Below are positions 38,521 to 51,617 of a stretch of DNA of 64,000 nucleotides, one piece after another (positions within the stretch are counted from its first letter, which is position 1; each line of letters begins with the position of its first letter). Location of the stretch: positions 11,346,001-11,410,000 of the forward strand of contig NC_043003.1 in the NCBI RefSeq assembly GCF_006345805.1, given 5' to 3'. The translations under genes and the position numbers were made by a program. This DNA comes from Octopus sinensis. Lineage: Eukaryota. Under the pieces are notes generated by a model, which saw only the letters and a program-made list of their open reading frames with translations, was not told the DNA's origin and made no database searches.

Positions 38521-39372
38521 TATATATATAATGTAGAGACAGAGATGCACATGTATACATATGTGCACATAATAATGTCTACATCTGGGTTTTGTATATG
38601 TACACTTGTGCATGTGTGTCTTCATCTCTGTATGTGTTTTATACGTGTACACACATGTGCATACACACACACATACAGACACACACACATACACATGTGC
38701 ACACACACACACACATCTACTCCTGGATTATAATATTTCACAGAAATATGCTAAGCTTTCAGAAGTGTTTATTTTCTCTGTTACCGAAATACAGTTAAAA
38801 CACAAAGGCATTCACAGCTGCTCTTATTTCACTGTTGGCTCCACAAATTGTTGTTACTTGTTCATCTGTGACCTGTTTACTGATGTTTTCCTATTTCCTT
38901 TGTGTTATCATCATCGTCATCATCGTCGTCGTCCCTATCATCATCCTCATAGTCATTATCATCATCATTATTGTTATCATCATCCTCTTCTCCCTCGCTA
39001 TTACCATCCTCAACTCTATAATCATCGTCATCTACGTTGCCATTATCTCTATCATTACATTATTGTTATTACCGCTATCATCATCATTATCATCATCATC
39101 ATTATCAAAACCATCATCATTATACCTATTGTTATCATCATTGTCATCATATCTATCATCAGTATTATTATTGTTACCTCTGTCATCATTATAACAATCA
39201 TCATCACCTCTTGTAATAATTCATCACGGTAATCATCAGCATCATCATCATTACCACCATCACCTATTGTTATCATTATCATCTTTCTCATGTTCCGCTT
39301 CATCATCATCATCATCATCATCAACATCATCATCCTTATTATTGCCACTATCATCATGAAAACCTCGTCATC

Positions 39373-39406
<34 letters not shown>

Positions 39407-39685
39407 TCATCTGTTATATTATGAACTCTTTTTTAAACTTAATCTAAGCTAGTCTATCATTGTTATCACCCAACCATATCCGCAGTTCACACTGCCATCG
39501 ACATCATTTGCGATTATGCGTGATATATTGAGTTTAGAAGGAAAATAAGGTTTAAATTTTGAAATTTTGTAGTAATTTATTTTACACTTCTTTTCCGACA
39601 TGATTTGTTTTGCTAGCTTGACTTCAGTTAGACAGGTTTCAAATCAAATTGATATATTCTTCGCAACAGTCTCTCTTTCTCTCTC

Positions 39686-39784
<99 letters not shown>

Positions 39785-39906
39785 CTGTTTATCAACTTCT
39801 TTCCCTTCTTTCCTTCTCACTTTCTCTTTGCTCTCTTTCTCTGTCTCCTTTCTCATGCTAACATTTTGATTGTGTGTGTTGATCTATGAATATAATTGCA
39901 TTTGCA

Positions 39907-39956
<50 letters not shown>

Positions 39957-40200
39957 TGTGTGTCTATATGCTTTGCTTGTGTGTTTCAGTTTGCCTGTCT
40001 CTGTAAGCTTGTTTGTTCATATGGCTTTGTTTCTCAATGTGTGTGTGTGTATGCTTATATGTATGTATGTATGTATGTATCTACAGAATAAACTGGAGAA
40101 ACCTCAGTACCATCATCATTATCATTATCATCATCATCATCATTATCATCATCATCATCATTATCATCATCATCATCATTATCATCATCATCATCACCGG
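38350..40200. repeat. Large block of microsatellites: (TA), (CA), cryptic (CAT), (CT), (GT)
   Basis: Direct reading; explains ORFs 38294-40353. Confidence 0.92.
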
Positions 40201-40382
40201 CAGCATGATGAATGTTCTAGGCCAAACAATGGAGCCAATATGTATTTGCTTGGCCTACGGAGAGATAAGTATCCGAATCTCTTTCAGATCACAACCTACT
40301 TAAGAAGTAAGAACACATGCAATGATATAGTCCTAGATACATTATGCCTTTAAAAAAAAAAAATGACAAAAGCAAAAACTGT

Positions 40383-41060
40383 TCGGGCGTGGCTGTGTGG
40401 TAAGAAGCTTGTTTCTCAATCCCATGGTTCTGGGTTCAGTCCCACTGTGTGACACCTTGAGCCTCAGGCTGACCAAAATCCTATGTGTGGATTTGGTCAA
40501 TGTAAACTGAAAGCAGCTGCCGTGTGTGTGTATGTGCCCCCCCCCCCACTCTAACTATTATAGGCAGTTGTGTGGCTGCGTAGTAAGAAGATTCCTTCCC
40601 AACTACATAGTTCCGAGTTCAGTCCCACTGCATGGTACCTTGAGGAAGTGTCAAACCATGTGGTTGAGAAGGAAGCTTCTTACCACACAGCCACTCCTGC
40701 TCATAAATTTTAATAACAAAATCTTATATGGACCTTGGTTGAACAGTTCAACCCCAGTACTTATAAAATAAGTACCTATTTTATTGATATTTTTTGCTGA
40801 ACCACTAAGTTATGGGGGCGTGAAGTAACCAACACCAATTATCAAATGGCTGGAGGTTGGGTAACAAATGCAAAGATACATACATATAATGTGTGTGTGC
40901 GTATGTTATATACTTCCACACAGTTTCCATCTGCCAAGTTTACTCTCAAGACATTGGTAGGCCCAGAGCTATAATAGAAGATATTTGGCCCAAAGCGCCA
41001 CACAATGGAACTGAACCTAAAATCATGTGGTTGCGAAGCAAGTTTCTTAGCCATGCAGCG
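40383..41060. mobile_element. Fragmented CORE SINEs, including a fold-back head pair (40572-40702) and a minus-strand copy (~40750-41060)
   Basis: Forward head GGCTGCGTAGTAAGAAG followed by reverse head CTTCTTACCACACAGCC. Confidence 0.7.
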
Positions 41061-41645
41061 AAACCTACGCCTAGACTACAAACATCCAAATTAACTTGGT
41101 CATTTATTGACTCTGCAAAAATAGCCAAACAGAAGGAAATCTGGAAGAACTTAACCGATTTTATTGACAGAAATATGGTACAAGTGAATTCATAGAAATA
41201 ATCTTTTGTGATGTGACAGTTGTAAGATGAAAGAATCTGCAAGCAAATGAAATATTTGTCATTTTCTTCAGTGCCTTTTCTGCTTATTGCAGCATATTAT
41301 ACAGCCTTGGAATGCTTAGTATGAACTTGGTAGATTTTACCATTTGAGATTTAAGCTTCCCAGTTTTGGATTGCTGGTGAATCAATCAATCGGACAGAAT
41401 TGTGGTTGAGTCACATTGCAGTTGTGGTTGAGTTCAAATATTGTCTTGGTTAACCGCATCTTTTGTCCTTCTAAGATCAATTAAACAAATACATCTATCC
41501 TTGTTGAAAAGATTGTTTGCCAACATAACATGGCAGTCCTGGTTTAGGACTAATGTTGCTGTAATTTAGCCCCAGGAGACATTGTGTCAATGAATCTACC
41601 ATTTTTTTCCATTTACAAAATGCCTGGAGATGAGAAATAGCAGAG

Positions 41646-42106
41646 AACCCGGCTGAAGCCACCTCTGGCTCTGTAGTACAAATGTCTTGTTTTCAAAAGT
41701 TCTGAATTAAAATCTTCCACCAAACCTTCGTCCCAATTTATGTTTCTAACACTAGCTGAATGATAACTAAGTTATTTTACTAAGTTCTTTGTTATATTTA
41801 AAATTAATTGAAAGAAACACAGAGCATCTCAAAATAAATACAGTAATGAAAGGGTTAAAATATATAATAGAGAAACAATTCTTAACCCTTTCATTACCAA
41901 CCCAGTTGAACCCAGCTCTGCCTCTGAGTACAAATGTCTTGTTTTCATAAGTTTTGAATTAAAATCTTCCACCAAACCTTAGTCACACTTTATGTTCCTA
42001 ATGCTAGCTTAATGATAACTAAATTATTTTACTAAATTCTTTGTTATATTTAATATTAATTGAAAGACACACAGAGCATCTCAACAGAAATATGGAAACA
42101 AAATGG
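41646..42106 (+). mobile_element. piggyBac-like MITE family 1 dimer with the same 23-bp spacer
   Basis: AAAGGG|TTAA, spacer 41859-41881, then TTAA|CCCTTTC. The first unit lacks its left TIR. Confidence 0.88.
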
Positions 42107-42147
42107 TTAATGTATACACACTGTCCATAGGTCGTCTTGACATAACA

Positions 42148-42530
42148 TCTTTTATTCTATTACTTGTTTGAGTCATTTGACTGTGGCCATGCTGGAGCAC
42201 CACCTTTAGTCGAACAAATCAACCCCAGGACTTATTCTTTGTAAGCCTAGTGCTTATTCTATCATGTTCTTTTGCCGAACCGCTAGGTTACAGGGATGCA
42301 AACACACCAGCACCAGTTGTCATGCAATGGTAGGGGACAAACACAGACACACATATGCATACATATATATGATGGGCTTCTTTCAAGTTTCCACTTACCA
42401 AATTTACCCACAATGCTTTAGTTGGTCTGAGGCTATTGTAGAAGACACTTTCCCTAGGTGCCACGCAGTGGGACTGAACCTGGAACCAAGTGGTTGAGAA
42501 GCAAGCTTCTTTCTTACCAGACAGCCACAC
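42148..42530 (-). mobile_element. CORE-type SINE
   Basis: Full-length layout with CpG decay. Confidence 0.88.
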
Positions 42531-43777
42531 CTTATGGACATATGTTAAAAACACAATAAATATCAGAGGGTGATGAAAATTTGCCCTAAAAATGGCTAGC
42601 AAGACTGCCTCTCCATTTCATGCAGAGTCCTTCTTCTGAATAAAATTGCTTATGTATTTCTCTGAGCCGAATATTATTTGGCTGGCATTCACCCCATAAG
42701 CAGCTCACTGTTTTTCTGGCATATTATATTTCGGACTGCTCTTAGCTTGTGTATTAATTCATTTCCAAGGTAACAGATTAAAAATTTGAAGGAGATTTGG
42801 CTGCTATTATGGCGAGTCAAGTGACCGCATAGCAGTGCCTTTGTTAGCTCGCCAGAAGTGGGCAAAGTTTAAATATGGGCTGTAACGTTTTTTTTTTATG
42901 TGTTTCCCAAAGGCATTATTGGAATAAGCGTGAGAGGGCTTGAGTCTGACTCCCTGACTCAACTCATCACAGATTCACTCCTATTCTTCAACACTGTTTA
43001 TAATTATATTCCATATAGCAAAAAGACAATAATGATGATATTAATGATAATAATAATAATAATAATAATGATAATAATGATAATAACAATAACAACAACA
43101 AGCAATAATGTTTATTGACTTATTTCATTCATAAGACTTCCACCATTTTCTCCAGTGCAATCAGCTCAATCATGAACACCACCACCACCACCACCAATGA
43201 CAACAACAACAACAACAACAACAACATGACCACCACCATCACTCCCCCTCCATATCTCCTCCTCCTCCTCTTCCTCCTCTTCTGCTAACTCTTGTCACAT
43301 TATGGACTTTCCTTTGTCTATTTCCAAAATAATGGGTTCGGTTGATTCTTCCTTTGTCTTTTCCACAGAAGGATGATGTAGTAGGATGGACAAAAATGGA
43401 AGATGGTGGTGGTTGCGGCAGCGATGGAACTGAATATCACTTCAGTTTTATTCTCTCAGAACAAACATCTGTTTTCTTTCTTAAATAAATGCATCTGTGT
43501 ATAGCACTGCATACATCTACACTTTAAATGTGCATGTTTGTGCATGTGTGTGCATATGTGCATATGTGTGTATGAAAGGCCACATGTGTATTTTGTATAT
43601 ACTACATAATATTCATTTAATATCTATATAACATTCTATATTTCTTTTATACAATATATAATACATCACATATTCTAATCTTCGTAATATATAAGAATAA
43701 ATAAATGCATGTTCCAATTTGTGTACATATTTGATTTTCATTTAATAGATGTATAACATTCTGTGTGTTGTTATATA

Positions 43778-44560
43778 TGAGGGGAAGTCAAAAATTATAG
43801 ACATCCTTGTTTCTGTAATTTATTAAAACAAAAGCAGGGGTCGAACAATCACATGGTTTTTCAAAAGAATCTCCTTGCTTTTCGATGCATTTCTTCCAAT
43901 GGTCCACAAGCTTGATTATTCCTATTTCTTTACTACCCACAAGGGGCTAAACACAGAGATAGACAAACGGATTAAGTTGATTATATCGACCCCAATGCAT
44001 AACTGGTACTTAATTTATCGACCCTGAAAGGATGAAAGGCAAAGTTGACCTCGGTGGAATTTGAACTCAGAATGTAGCGGTAGACGAAATACCTATTTCT
44101 TTACTACCCACAAGGGGCTAAACACATAGGGGACAAACAAGGACAGACAAACGGATTAAGTCGATTATATCGACCCCAGTGCGTAACTGGTACTAAATTT
44201 ATCGACCCTGAAAGGATGAAAGGCAAAGTCGACCTCGGCGGAATTTGAACTCAGAACGTAGCGGTAGACGAAAAACCGCTAAGCATTTCGCCCGGTGTGC
44301 TAACGTTTCTGCCAGCTCGCCGCCTTAAGCTTGATTATTCCATCAGAGAAGAAAGTTTTGGGCTGGTCAAACAGCGATTTATGCTCTGCTTCTTGTGCTT
44401 CTTCAACAATAAAAAAATTGGTGGTCTTTGTAAAGGATGTTTGAGCAGTCCTGAGAGGTGATAGTTGGAAGGAGTGAGATCTGAGCTGTAAGCAGATTGT
44501 TCCAGCAACTTAAACACCAAATTTTCAATGGTGTTGATCAAGCCTGGCCAATTTGAATTG
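43778..44560 (-). pseudogene. mariner transposase C-terminal remnant with TIR, split by a SINE dimer
   Basis: SAYSSDLTPSNYHL (YSPDLAPSD-like), then after a frameshift PKTFFSDGIIKL / VDHWKKCIEKQGDSFEK. End TA|TGAGGGGAAGTCAAAAA. Confidence 0.82.
43923..44326 (-). mobile_element. Head-to-tail Nin/Deu SINE 1.7-mer within one 15-bp TSD
   Basis: AAGCTTGATTATTCC at 43908-43922 and 44327-44341; monomer junction at ~44092. Confidence 0.92.
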
Positions 44561-46011
44561 CAATTTGGGCCACTTTAATCACAGAAGGTTTTTGAGAGCT
44601 GCTTGTATGCTGACAGAATTGAAAGCATTTTGCTTTCTCATGCTATTATTACAATAATGAAGGAATGATCATTGGTTCAACATGAAATATTGTTGTCAAG
44701 TGGTGGTGGTGGTGGTGGGGGACAAACACATACACACATATTTATATACCACCGATGGGCTATGTTCAGTTTCTGTCTATGAAATCCACTCTCAAGGTTT
44801 TGGTCGGCCTGAGGCTATGGTAGAAGAGACTTGCCAAAGGTGCAAACACAGTGGGACTGAACCCGGAACCATGTGGTTGGGAAAAGCAAACTTCTTACCG
44901 CACAGCCATGCTTATACCTAATCAGTTTTCCGTTTCTTTTTTTCCCGATCCTTGGCAAAGATTAACTCTAATTGCCTCTTCAGCAAATGATGCAGGAAAT
45001 TTAAAATATATATATTATCTAAAAGAACTGATAAAGTCATTAACTCTTTTGGTACCATATTTCTGTTGAAATCTGTTGCCTCTGCTTCAATCAATTTTGA
45101 AAAGAATGAAGAATTTGTAGTTTTTTTTTGTTTTTGTTTGTTTTGTTTTTTTCATTATTAAAGCTGGTGTTTAGAACAAAAATCAGCATGAAATTTCGAT
45201 GGAAGGTCTTAATTCAGATCCTTTTGAAACAAGGAGTCTGAATCATAGAACTAGAGGCGATCTCAGGAAGGTTGGTATCAAAAGGGTTGATAGGTTGTCC
45301 GGTTGCTTCTCTCAAAGTCTCTCGTTTTATTCTTTCACCGATTCTATTTTTGCTGCGAGCAAATTTAAAAGCAATGGAATTTTTATCTCTTCAACAATAT
45401 GCAATGCCATCTTCAGCCACTACTTGTATCAATTCAGACTCAACCAGCTGCTGTGTCTCCCAGACAAATAGAAATAAATCCATTTTACCATTTTCATCTG
45501 GCTTCATAAAACTTAGGGTATCTTTTGAAAACTGATAATATATGAATGGCCCCTGCAGAATTCTCATTTAGCACAGAGGGGTTATTTCTTATTATTAAGG
45601 GCTTGCGTTGGTTTTATAGTACCTTGTCAAGTGTGAAAACTATTGTGATGTGTAATTTCAGGGAGTGAATATTCTAACTGTAGATGTATTTCACACTTCA
45701 GAAGTTGTTGAATAACAAAGTTGTATGGATGATAAATGGGAAAATTGTTCTACTACAGGCCAGTACACGTAAGCATATGGAACCACCATGGTCTCATATA
45801 ATTTTACTGTTAGGAAATTATAGAATATCTAATGCAACATGTGTGCATGGGGGTGAGGGATGGATGTGTATATGTCTGTCTGTCTGTCACTGTAGCAACC
45901 AGACTGGATGTTGTTATACACTGTTGGTCACAATGTGCTTCCTTGTATTGGTGTACCATTTCGAATGATGTCAGGCCTCACTGACTAAGCAGCTGGGTGT
46001 GTGTATGTATG

Positions 46012-46045
<34 letters not shown>

Positions 46046-46120
46046 TGTGTGTATGTATGTGTGTATGTATGTATGTATGTATGTATGTCAGTGTGTGTGT
46101 GTGTATGTATGTATGTATGT

Positions 46121-46240
46121 AAGCCGACTCAAGAAATCTCTAAGGAGACTTGGTATTTTTGTACCTGAAGAGTCCCAGAACAGGTGGAAACATGTGTTGT
46201 ACCCAATAAAGTCTATTACACATTCCCCTCTCCTATTTTA
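46121..46240 (+). mobile_element. Possible Penelope-like terminal fragment with decayed hammerhead-like motif (46161-46202)
   Basis: GTAC CTGAAGA GTCC...GGTG GAAA CATG T...GTAC then CAATAAAG. The palindromic ACATGT is present, but C11.1 and the cleavage triplet are non-canonical. Confidence 0.4.
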
Positions 46241-46641
46241 TTAATATTGTTACCCCAACTGCCACTACGAAGTTCCTGCAGTGAATCTATGGATAACAGC
46301 AGGTAATCAAAACTGTACAGGTAGTAACTTATAAGAATATCTGAATGTGAGTGTGTGTGTGTACCGCTATGTTTTGACATGTGATGGCTGTAAACAAAGC
46401 ATCACAGTCATGCAAGCAGTGTCATCAATTTTCAATCTTCCATGAAAACATGTCCAGTCATGAGGAAGTATTATTTTGCTTGGAAACAAGCGAGGGTTGG
46501 CAACTGGAAGGGCATCCAGCTGTGCAAAATTTATACTAATTAACATTATGCAAGCATGGAACCATCAGTGTTTCGGAATTAAAAAAAAAAGGTAAATTCT
46601 TGATACCGTTTTTTAAATCTGAATTTGATTCCAATGCACAC

Positions 46642-46673
<32 letters not shown>

Positions 46674-47420
46674 CTGTGTGTGGCTATCAATCTATGAAAG
46701 TTGCTCTGCGATACTAGTGAAGCTAAGTTCTCTGTCTATACATTATAATAACCAATTATCTATTCGGTATGTCTGAAAAGTACTACATTAGAAGTCTTTT
46801 AAGATTAAACTTAAAACTTTAGTTCCTAACTTAGTATTCCCGTATAAAACAGGTTTTTACTTCAGTATAATGACATGAATTTATAATACTCCTATTTTGT
46901 TTTTTTAGGAGAAAAAGAAAAACAAAGAAAAACTATAATTATTTTAGTTTTGAAGTTTAGTGTGTGTGTGAAGATGTGATTTTGAGAGATTGTTAGGAAC
47001 AGAATAGTGTCGATGATGAAATATAGCACCTGAAGATGGTTGGAGAAAAGACCAATTAAATACAGTATAAATCTTAAACATGAGAGTAGATGATTTTAAT
47101 AGCCTAATAATTCATACTATTTTAACAGATTTATGCTCTATTGTTGTTGTTTTTTAGACTAATGAAGTAGTCCTCTGGTTTTTCACAAATGGTGATTAAT
47201 GAGAAGATAACCCAAGAAAAAAAAATTTTTTTGGTTAAGATTTTGTACAAGATTTCACATTCTAAGAATCCTAATTGGAATGTGTTTGACTGAAGTGTTA
47301 TAAATATTGCTGTTAAGTGACTGGGTGGATAAGGAAACCAAGACCACGGGTCCTGAGTTCAGTTCTTATTGTGTCTTATCTATTGGTGATTTTCTGAATT
47401 CTTCTTCATTGATATAAGTG

Positions 47421-48055
47421 CAGGAATGGCTGTGTGGCAGAAAGTTTGCTTTCCCTGGTTTTGGGTTCAGTCCCACTGCATGGCACCTTGGGCAAATGTC
47501 TCTGAGCTGAACAAAGCCTTGTGAGTGGATTTCATAGATGGAAACTGAAAGAAGCCCATTGCATATATTATATATATATATAAATAAATATACACAAAGA
47601 GAAGACCATTGACAGGACTCCTTACATGCTAAAAAGGCCAGTTAAAACCCAAACTAGCCTTTTTAGCATGTAAGGAGTCCTATCTTTGTGTATAAAAATA
47701 TTTTATACACTCTTATATTTTAAAAAATATATTGTCTTATGACTTTTATTTATACATGCTAAACACTGGTAACAAATCATGTTAATTTATTACCCTCATA
47801 TTTATGATATAAGATATATGTATATATCCATGTGTGTGTGTCTGTTTGTCCCCTCCCCCCATCATCACTTGAGAACTGATGTTAATGTGTTTACGTCCAT
47901 GTAACTTAGCAGTTTGGTAAAAGAGATTGATAGAATAAGTACTAGGCTTACAAAGAATAACTCCTGGGGTGGATTTCTTCGACTGAAACCGTTTAGGCGG
48001 TGCTCCAGCTTGGCCACAGTCAAACGACCGAAACAACTAAAGGAATAAATAAACA
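47421..48055 (+). mobile_element. CORE-type SINE with a ~250-bp insert containing a palindromic mini-element
   Basis: SINE 5' part 47421-47570 and 3' part 47820-48055; hairpin at 47589-47694. Confidence 0.8.
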
Positions 48056-48106
48056 AAACTAAATGTTAACAATATTTGGAGATTTACACATGCATAATAC
48101 ACATAC

Positions 48107-48283
48107 CGCATATGGCTTGGACATGTTTTCCCTGCTTGTGTATAAAAATCCTTTTAGTGTGCCATCTTCACTCGAAACGCTGTTTCCTTTTGTTGACTTA
48201 GATGTCTTTGATAACTTCGTTACTCTGTCATAAGTTGACACCTTCCGGATAACAAATGTTGAATCATTAAGTTGGTATTGAAC
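48107..48283 (-). CDS. Candidate isolated coding exon (177 nt, phase 0-0), product unknown
   Basis: CAG| acceptor (weak pyrimidine tract), GCG|GTATGT donor, open frame VQYQLNDSTFVIRKVSTYDR...SRENMSKPYA. No family recognised and no partner exons found. Confidence 0.25.
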
Positions 48284-48513
48284 CTGGTTTTCATTATAAC
48301 AGCAGCAAGATTTTTTTTTTGCTTCTTAAAAGTCATGTCCTGTTGACACTGACACTTCAATATTATTTGCCAGTCACCATCTGTTCACCAGACCTTTTCC
48401 ATTTTTTTACCATATGGGCAAAGAACCAGAAAGGGAGGCTTTATATAAATTGCTCGGCCTACTAGAAATAGCAGTTGAATCTCGCTTTAAATCATACCCT
48501 ACTGTCTGAAAAT

Positions 48514-48870
48514 GAAGGCACATGGCTCAGTGGTTAGAGCATCAGGCTTACAATTATGAGGTAGTGAGTTCGATTCCCAGTCTGGGCTGTGTGTTGTGTT
48601 CTTGAGCAAGACACTTTATTTCGTGTTGCTCCCAGTCACTCAGCTGTAGAAACGAGTTGCGACATTACTGGGACCAAACTGTATCGGCCCCTTTGCCTTT
48701 CCATTGGATAACATTGAGAGCATGAAGAGGGAAGCTGGTATCCATGGGTGTCTGCTGGTCTTCCATAAACACCCTTGCCTGGACTTGTGCTTTGAAGGGG
48801 AACTTTCTTGTCGCAGTCCCATACCCATTCATGACCGATGGTCAGTCATTACCGAAAGGGGTCTTTATCC
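48514..48870 (+). mobile_element. tRNA-derived SINE 'family D' (V-SINE-like block)
   Basis: A box TGGCTCAGTGG, B box GTTCGATTCC, and CTTGAGCAAGACACTTTATTT; homologous to 57877-58205. Confidence 0.8.
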
Positions 48871-49339
48871 TTTTTTACTGTCTTAAATAATTAAAAAAAA
48901 AAAAAAAATATGAAAAACATTTTGGATAATGTAGTCCTAGATACACACTGTCTTAAAATATAATGGGATGGTCATGGCTAGAGTGCTTTTGATCAAAGAT
49001 TTGCTTGTTCAAGTCTAATGTGGAGCTAAACAAGAAACATCATGTGAGTGAAATTGTCTAAATCAGAAAATAAAATAGAATTTTGGGTTTTATTTATTGT
49101 TTTTATTTTTTGACTATATGATTAAGAAGCTTGCTTTGTAACCACATGGTTCCAGGTTCAATCCCACTGGGCAACTGCCTTGTATTATAGCCCTTGGTTT
49201 ATGTGAATGAATTTAGTTGACAAACTGCATGGGAGCCTGTCGTGTGTGTGTGTGTATGTCCCCTGCCACTGCTTGACAAGTGGTTTGGCAGAAGAGACAG
49301 AATTACCTTTTGTTGCAGTTAATTTGAAAATATTTTCTA

Positions 49340-49760
49340 CTCTAGGCACAAGGCCCGAAATTTTTGGGGGAGGACACCAGTTGATTAGATTGACCCTCAA
49401 TACACAACTGGTACGTAATTTATCAACCCCGAAAGGATGAAAGGCAAAGTCAACTTTGACAGAATTTGAATTCAGAACGTAAAGACAGATGAAATATCAC
49501 TAAGCATTTCACTCAGTGTGCTAATGTTTCTGCCAGCTCGCCGCCTTAAGATAATCTTTTGTACTCTAGGTACAAGGCTTGAAATGGTGGGGGCAGTCGA
49601 TTAGATATGCAACTGGTACTTAAATTTATTGACCCTGAAAGGATGAAAGGCCAAGTCAACCTCAACGGAATTTGAACTCAGAATGTAAAGTTGAAAAAAA
49701 AAAAACCGCTAAGTGTTTTGCCCAGTATGCTAACATTTCTGCCAGCTTGGCACCTTAGTT
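49340..49760 (-). mobile_element. Two tandem old Nin/Deu SINEs
   Basis: Two AGGCAC/TACAAGG...GAAAGGATGAAAGG...CCAGCT units. Confidence 0.8.
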
Positions 49761-50131
49761 AATTTTAAAATATTGAAGAACTTAGTAAAATTACTTTGTT
49801 ATTATTAATCCCAATTTTACTGCAGAAATCAGATGTATCTACTCAAAATTCCACTGTGGAAAGCAGTTTTATCTACCAGTATATCTTTTGATGAGGAATG
49901 TCATTTTCAAAGCTAACTTCTGTTGAGACACCAAGTTCACTGACACAAAGTGACTTGAAGAATGCACCAATTCTGGGGGGTTTTTTTGTTTTTGGTAGAT
50001 ATTTAACATCATTACTGGAATAACCATGAAATTTAATTTTGCAGTTGAAAGGTTAAGCTGGTGTTTGGTGCATAAATCAAGATGAAATTATGATGGGAAG
50101 TTTTTAATTTAGATAACTTTAATCCTTTCAT

Positions 50132-50345
50132 TACTGTATTTGTTTTGAGATGCTCTGTGTTTCTTTCAATTAATTTTAAATATAACAAAGAATTTAGTAA
50201 AATAAACTTAGTTATCATTAAGCTGGTGTTAGGAATATAAATTATGACTAAGGTTTGATGGAAGATTTTAATTCTGAACTTAGGAAAACGAGACATTTGT
50301 ATTACAGAGCCAGAGGCTGTTTCAGCTGGGTTGGTATCAAAAAGG
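50132..50345 (-). mobile_element. piggyBac-like MITE family 1 monomer (no spacer)
   Basis: TTAATCCTTTCATTAC...GTATCAAAAAGG|TTAA. Confidence 0.8.
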
Positions 50346-50515
50346 TTAAATATGATATATTTCATTTATGCCTCTTAAAGTTTCTAAATTCTTATGAGAT
50401 AAACAATACACACACACACTCACGTATATATGTATGTATAAGTTTGGTAATTCAAACAGGAAAACAGAACTCAAAACTTGAGTATATATAGTTTTTTTTT
50501 TATAATTAATAATTG

Positions 50516-50614
50516 GCAAAAGTTACAGAGTGACTCAAGGACTGAGAGTTTCATGCGTTTGGTAAGTACCAACACATGAAACTCTCAGCCCATGAGTCAC
50601 TCTGTAGCTTCTGC
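50516..50614. mobile_element. Palindromic hairpin MITE
   Basis: ~48-bp arms with a few mismatches around an AAGT loop; one arm recurs at ~1310. Confidence 0.8.
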
Positions 50615-50632
50615 TGGTTATCTATTAATAAA

Positions 50633-50665
<33 letters not shown>

Positions 50666-50827
50666 TATATTACCATCGTCATTTAATGATAGACTTACAT
50701 ACAAATTCTACCCCAACGGCCCAGATCCAGCAAAGTTATGAACAAGGAGTTCAAATCATAACCACCCCCTCCCCATTTGGTTCCTCTCTGGGTACAGCAC
50801 ATACACCCGGTACCACATTATGAAACA

Positions 50828-51063
50828 CTAGCAGTATCGCCCGGCGTTGCTCGGGTTTGTAAGGGAAATAACTATATAAGCATTTTTAGAGATATAAAGT
50901 ATAATAGCCATCTCAATATGGCTAAGCACAAAGGGGGGGTGTTACTGTAGCTTTTTACGTTCTGACCCGCTTTTGGTTAAACTGCACCGCAAAATGTGGG
51001 AGTAGTTAGGAATCTAAATCGTAGGAGACAGACACACAACCTCTCTTTTATATATGTAGAAGA
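50828..51063 (-). mobile_element. Non-autonomous Helitron
   Basis: Minus strand A|TCTTC...CCCGAGCAACGCCGGGCGATACTGCTAG|T. Confidence 0.82.
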
Positions 51064-51617
51064 TATCCTTCTCAATTAGGATATGACTAAAGAGAAATAT
51101 CACTTCTACCCATTCAAAACTGGCAGCTATTGAACAAAAACTTGTATATAGTTGCTAGAAGGGGAAGGCAGATGTGAAGCAAGAGAAATCTGGCTGCTAT
51201 TTCTGGCATATTGAACAACCCCTTAGAAGTCCATCCCAGCCACTCACTGACTCAAATGTAACAGGACAGTGTTAAACTCAAAACCACACATCATCCTGGT
51301 GTGTGTATATGTGTGTGTGTGTGCATGCGCGCGTAACTTGGTTCTAATTGTCTGTGGTAGACAGTTTCTTTTGTAGCCTCTAATGTTCTTTGAAACATCA
51401 AACAATCTTATTTACCATCTCCAATAAATCTAAGGTCTTTTATTTACAATGGAGCATTATTAACCTTCACAGCAAGACTTTGTGTGTCTTATATATAATA
51501 TACTGTCATGAGCTGTGTGTGTGTGTGTGGGAATATAATTCAAATGATGTTTGACAAATCATTGCTATTTCCAAAGATTCTCAAGTATGTGTTCTTTTAT
51601 TCTGTTATTCCTTTAAC

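Noticed and set aside
19402-42106. Two distinct MITE subtypes (A/B) alternating in the dimers
   Set aside because: The differences are explained by independent CpG decay of one consensus.
45390-45530. Protein-like minus-strand frame (FSKDTLSFMKPDENGKMDLF...)
   Set aside because: It has an in-frame stop, only weak donors and no recognisable family.
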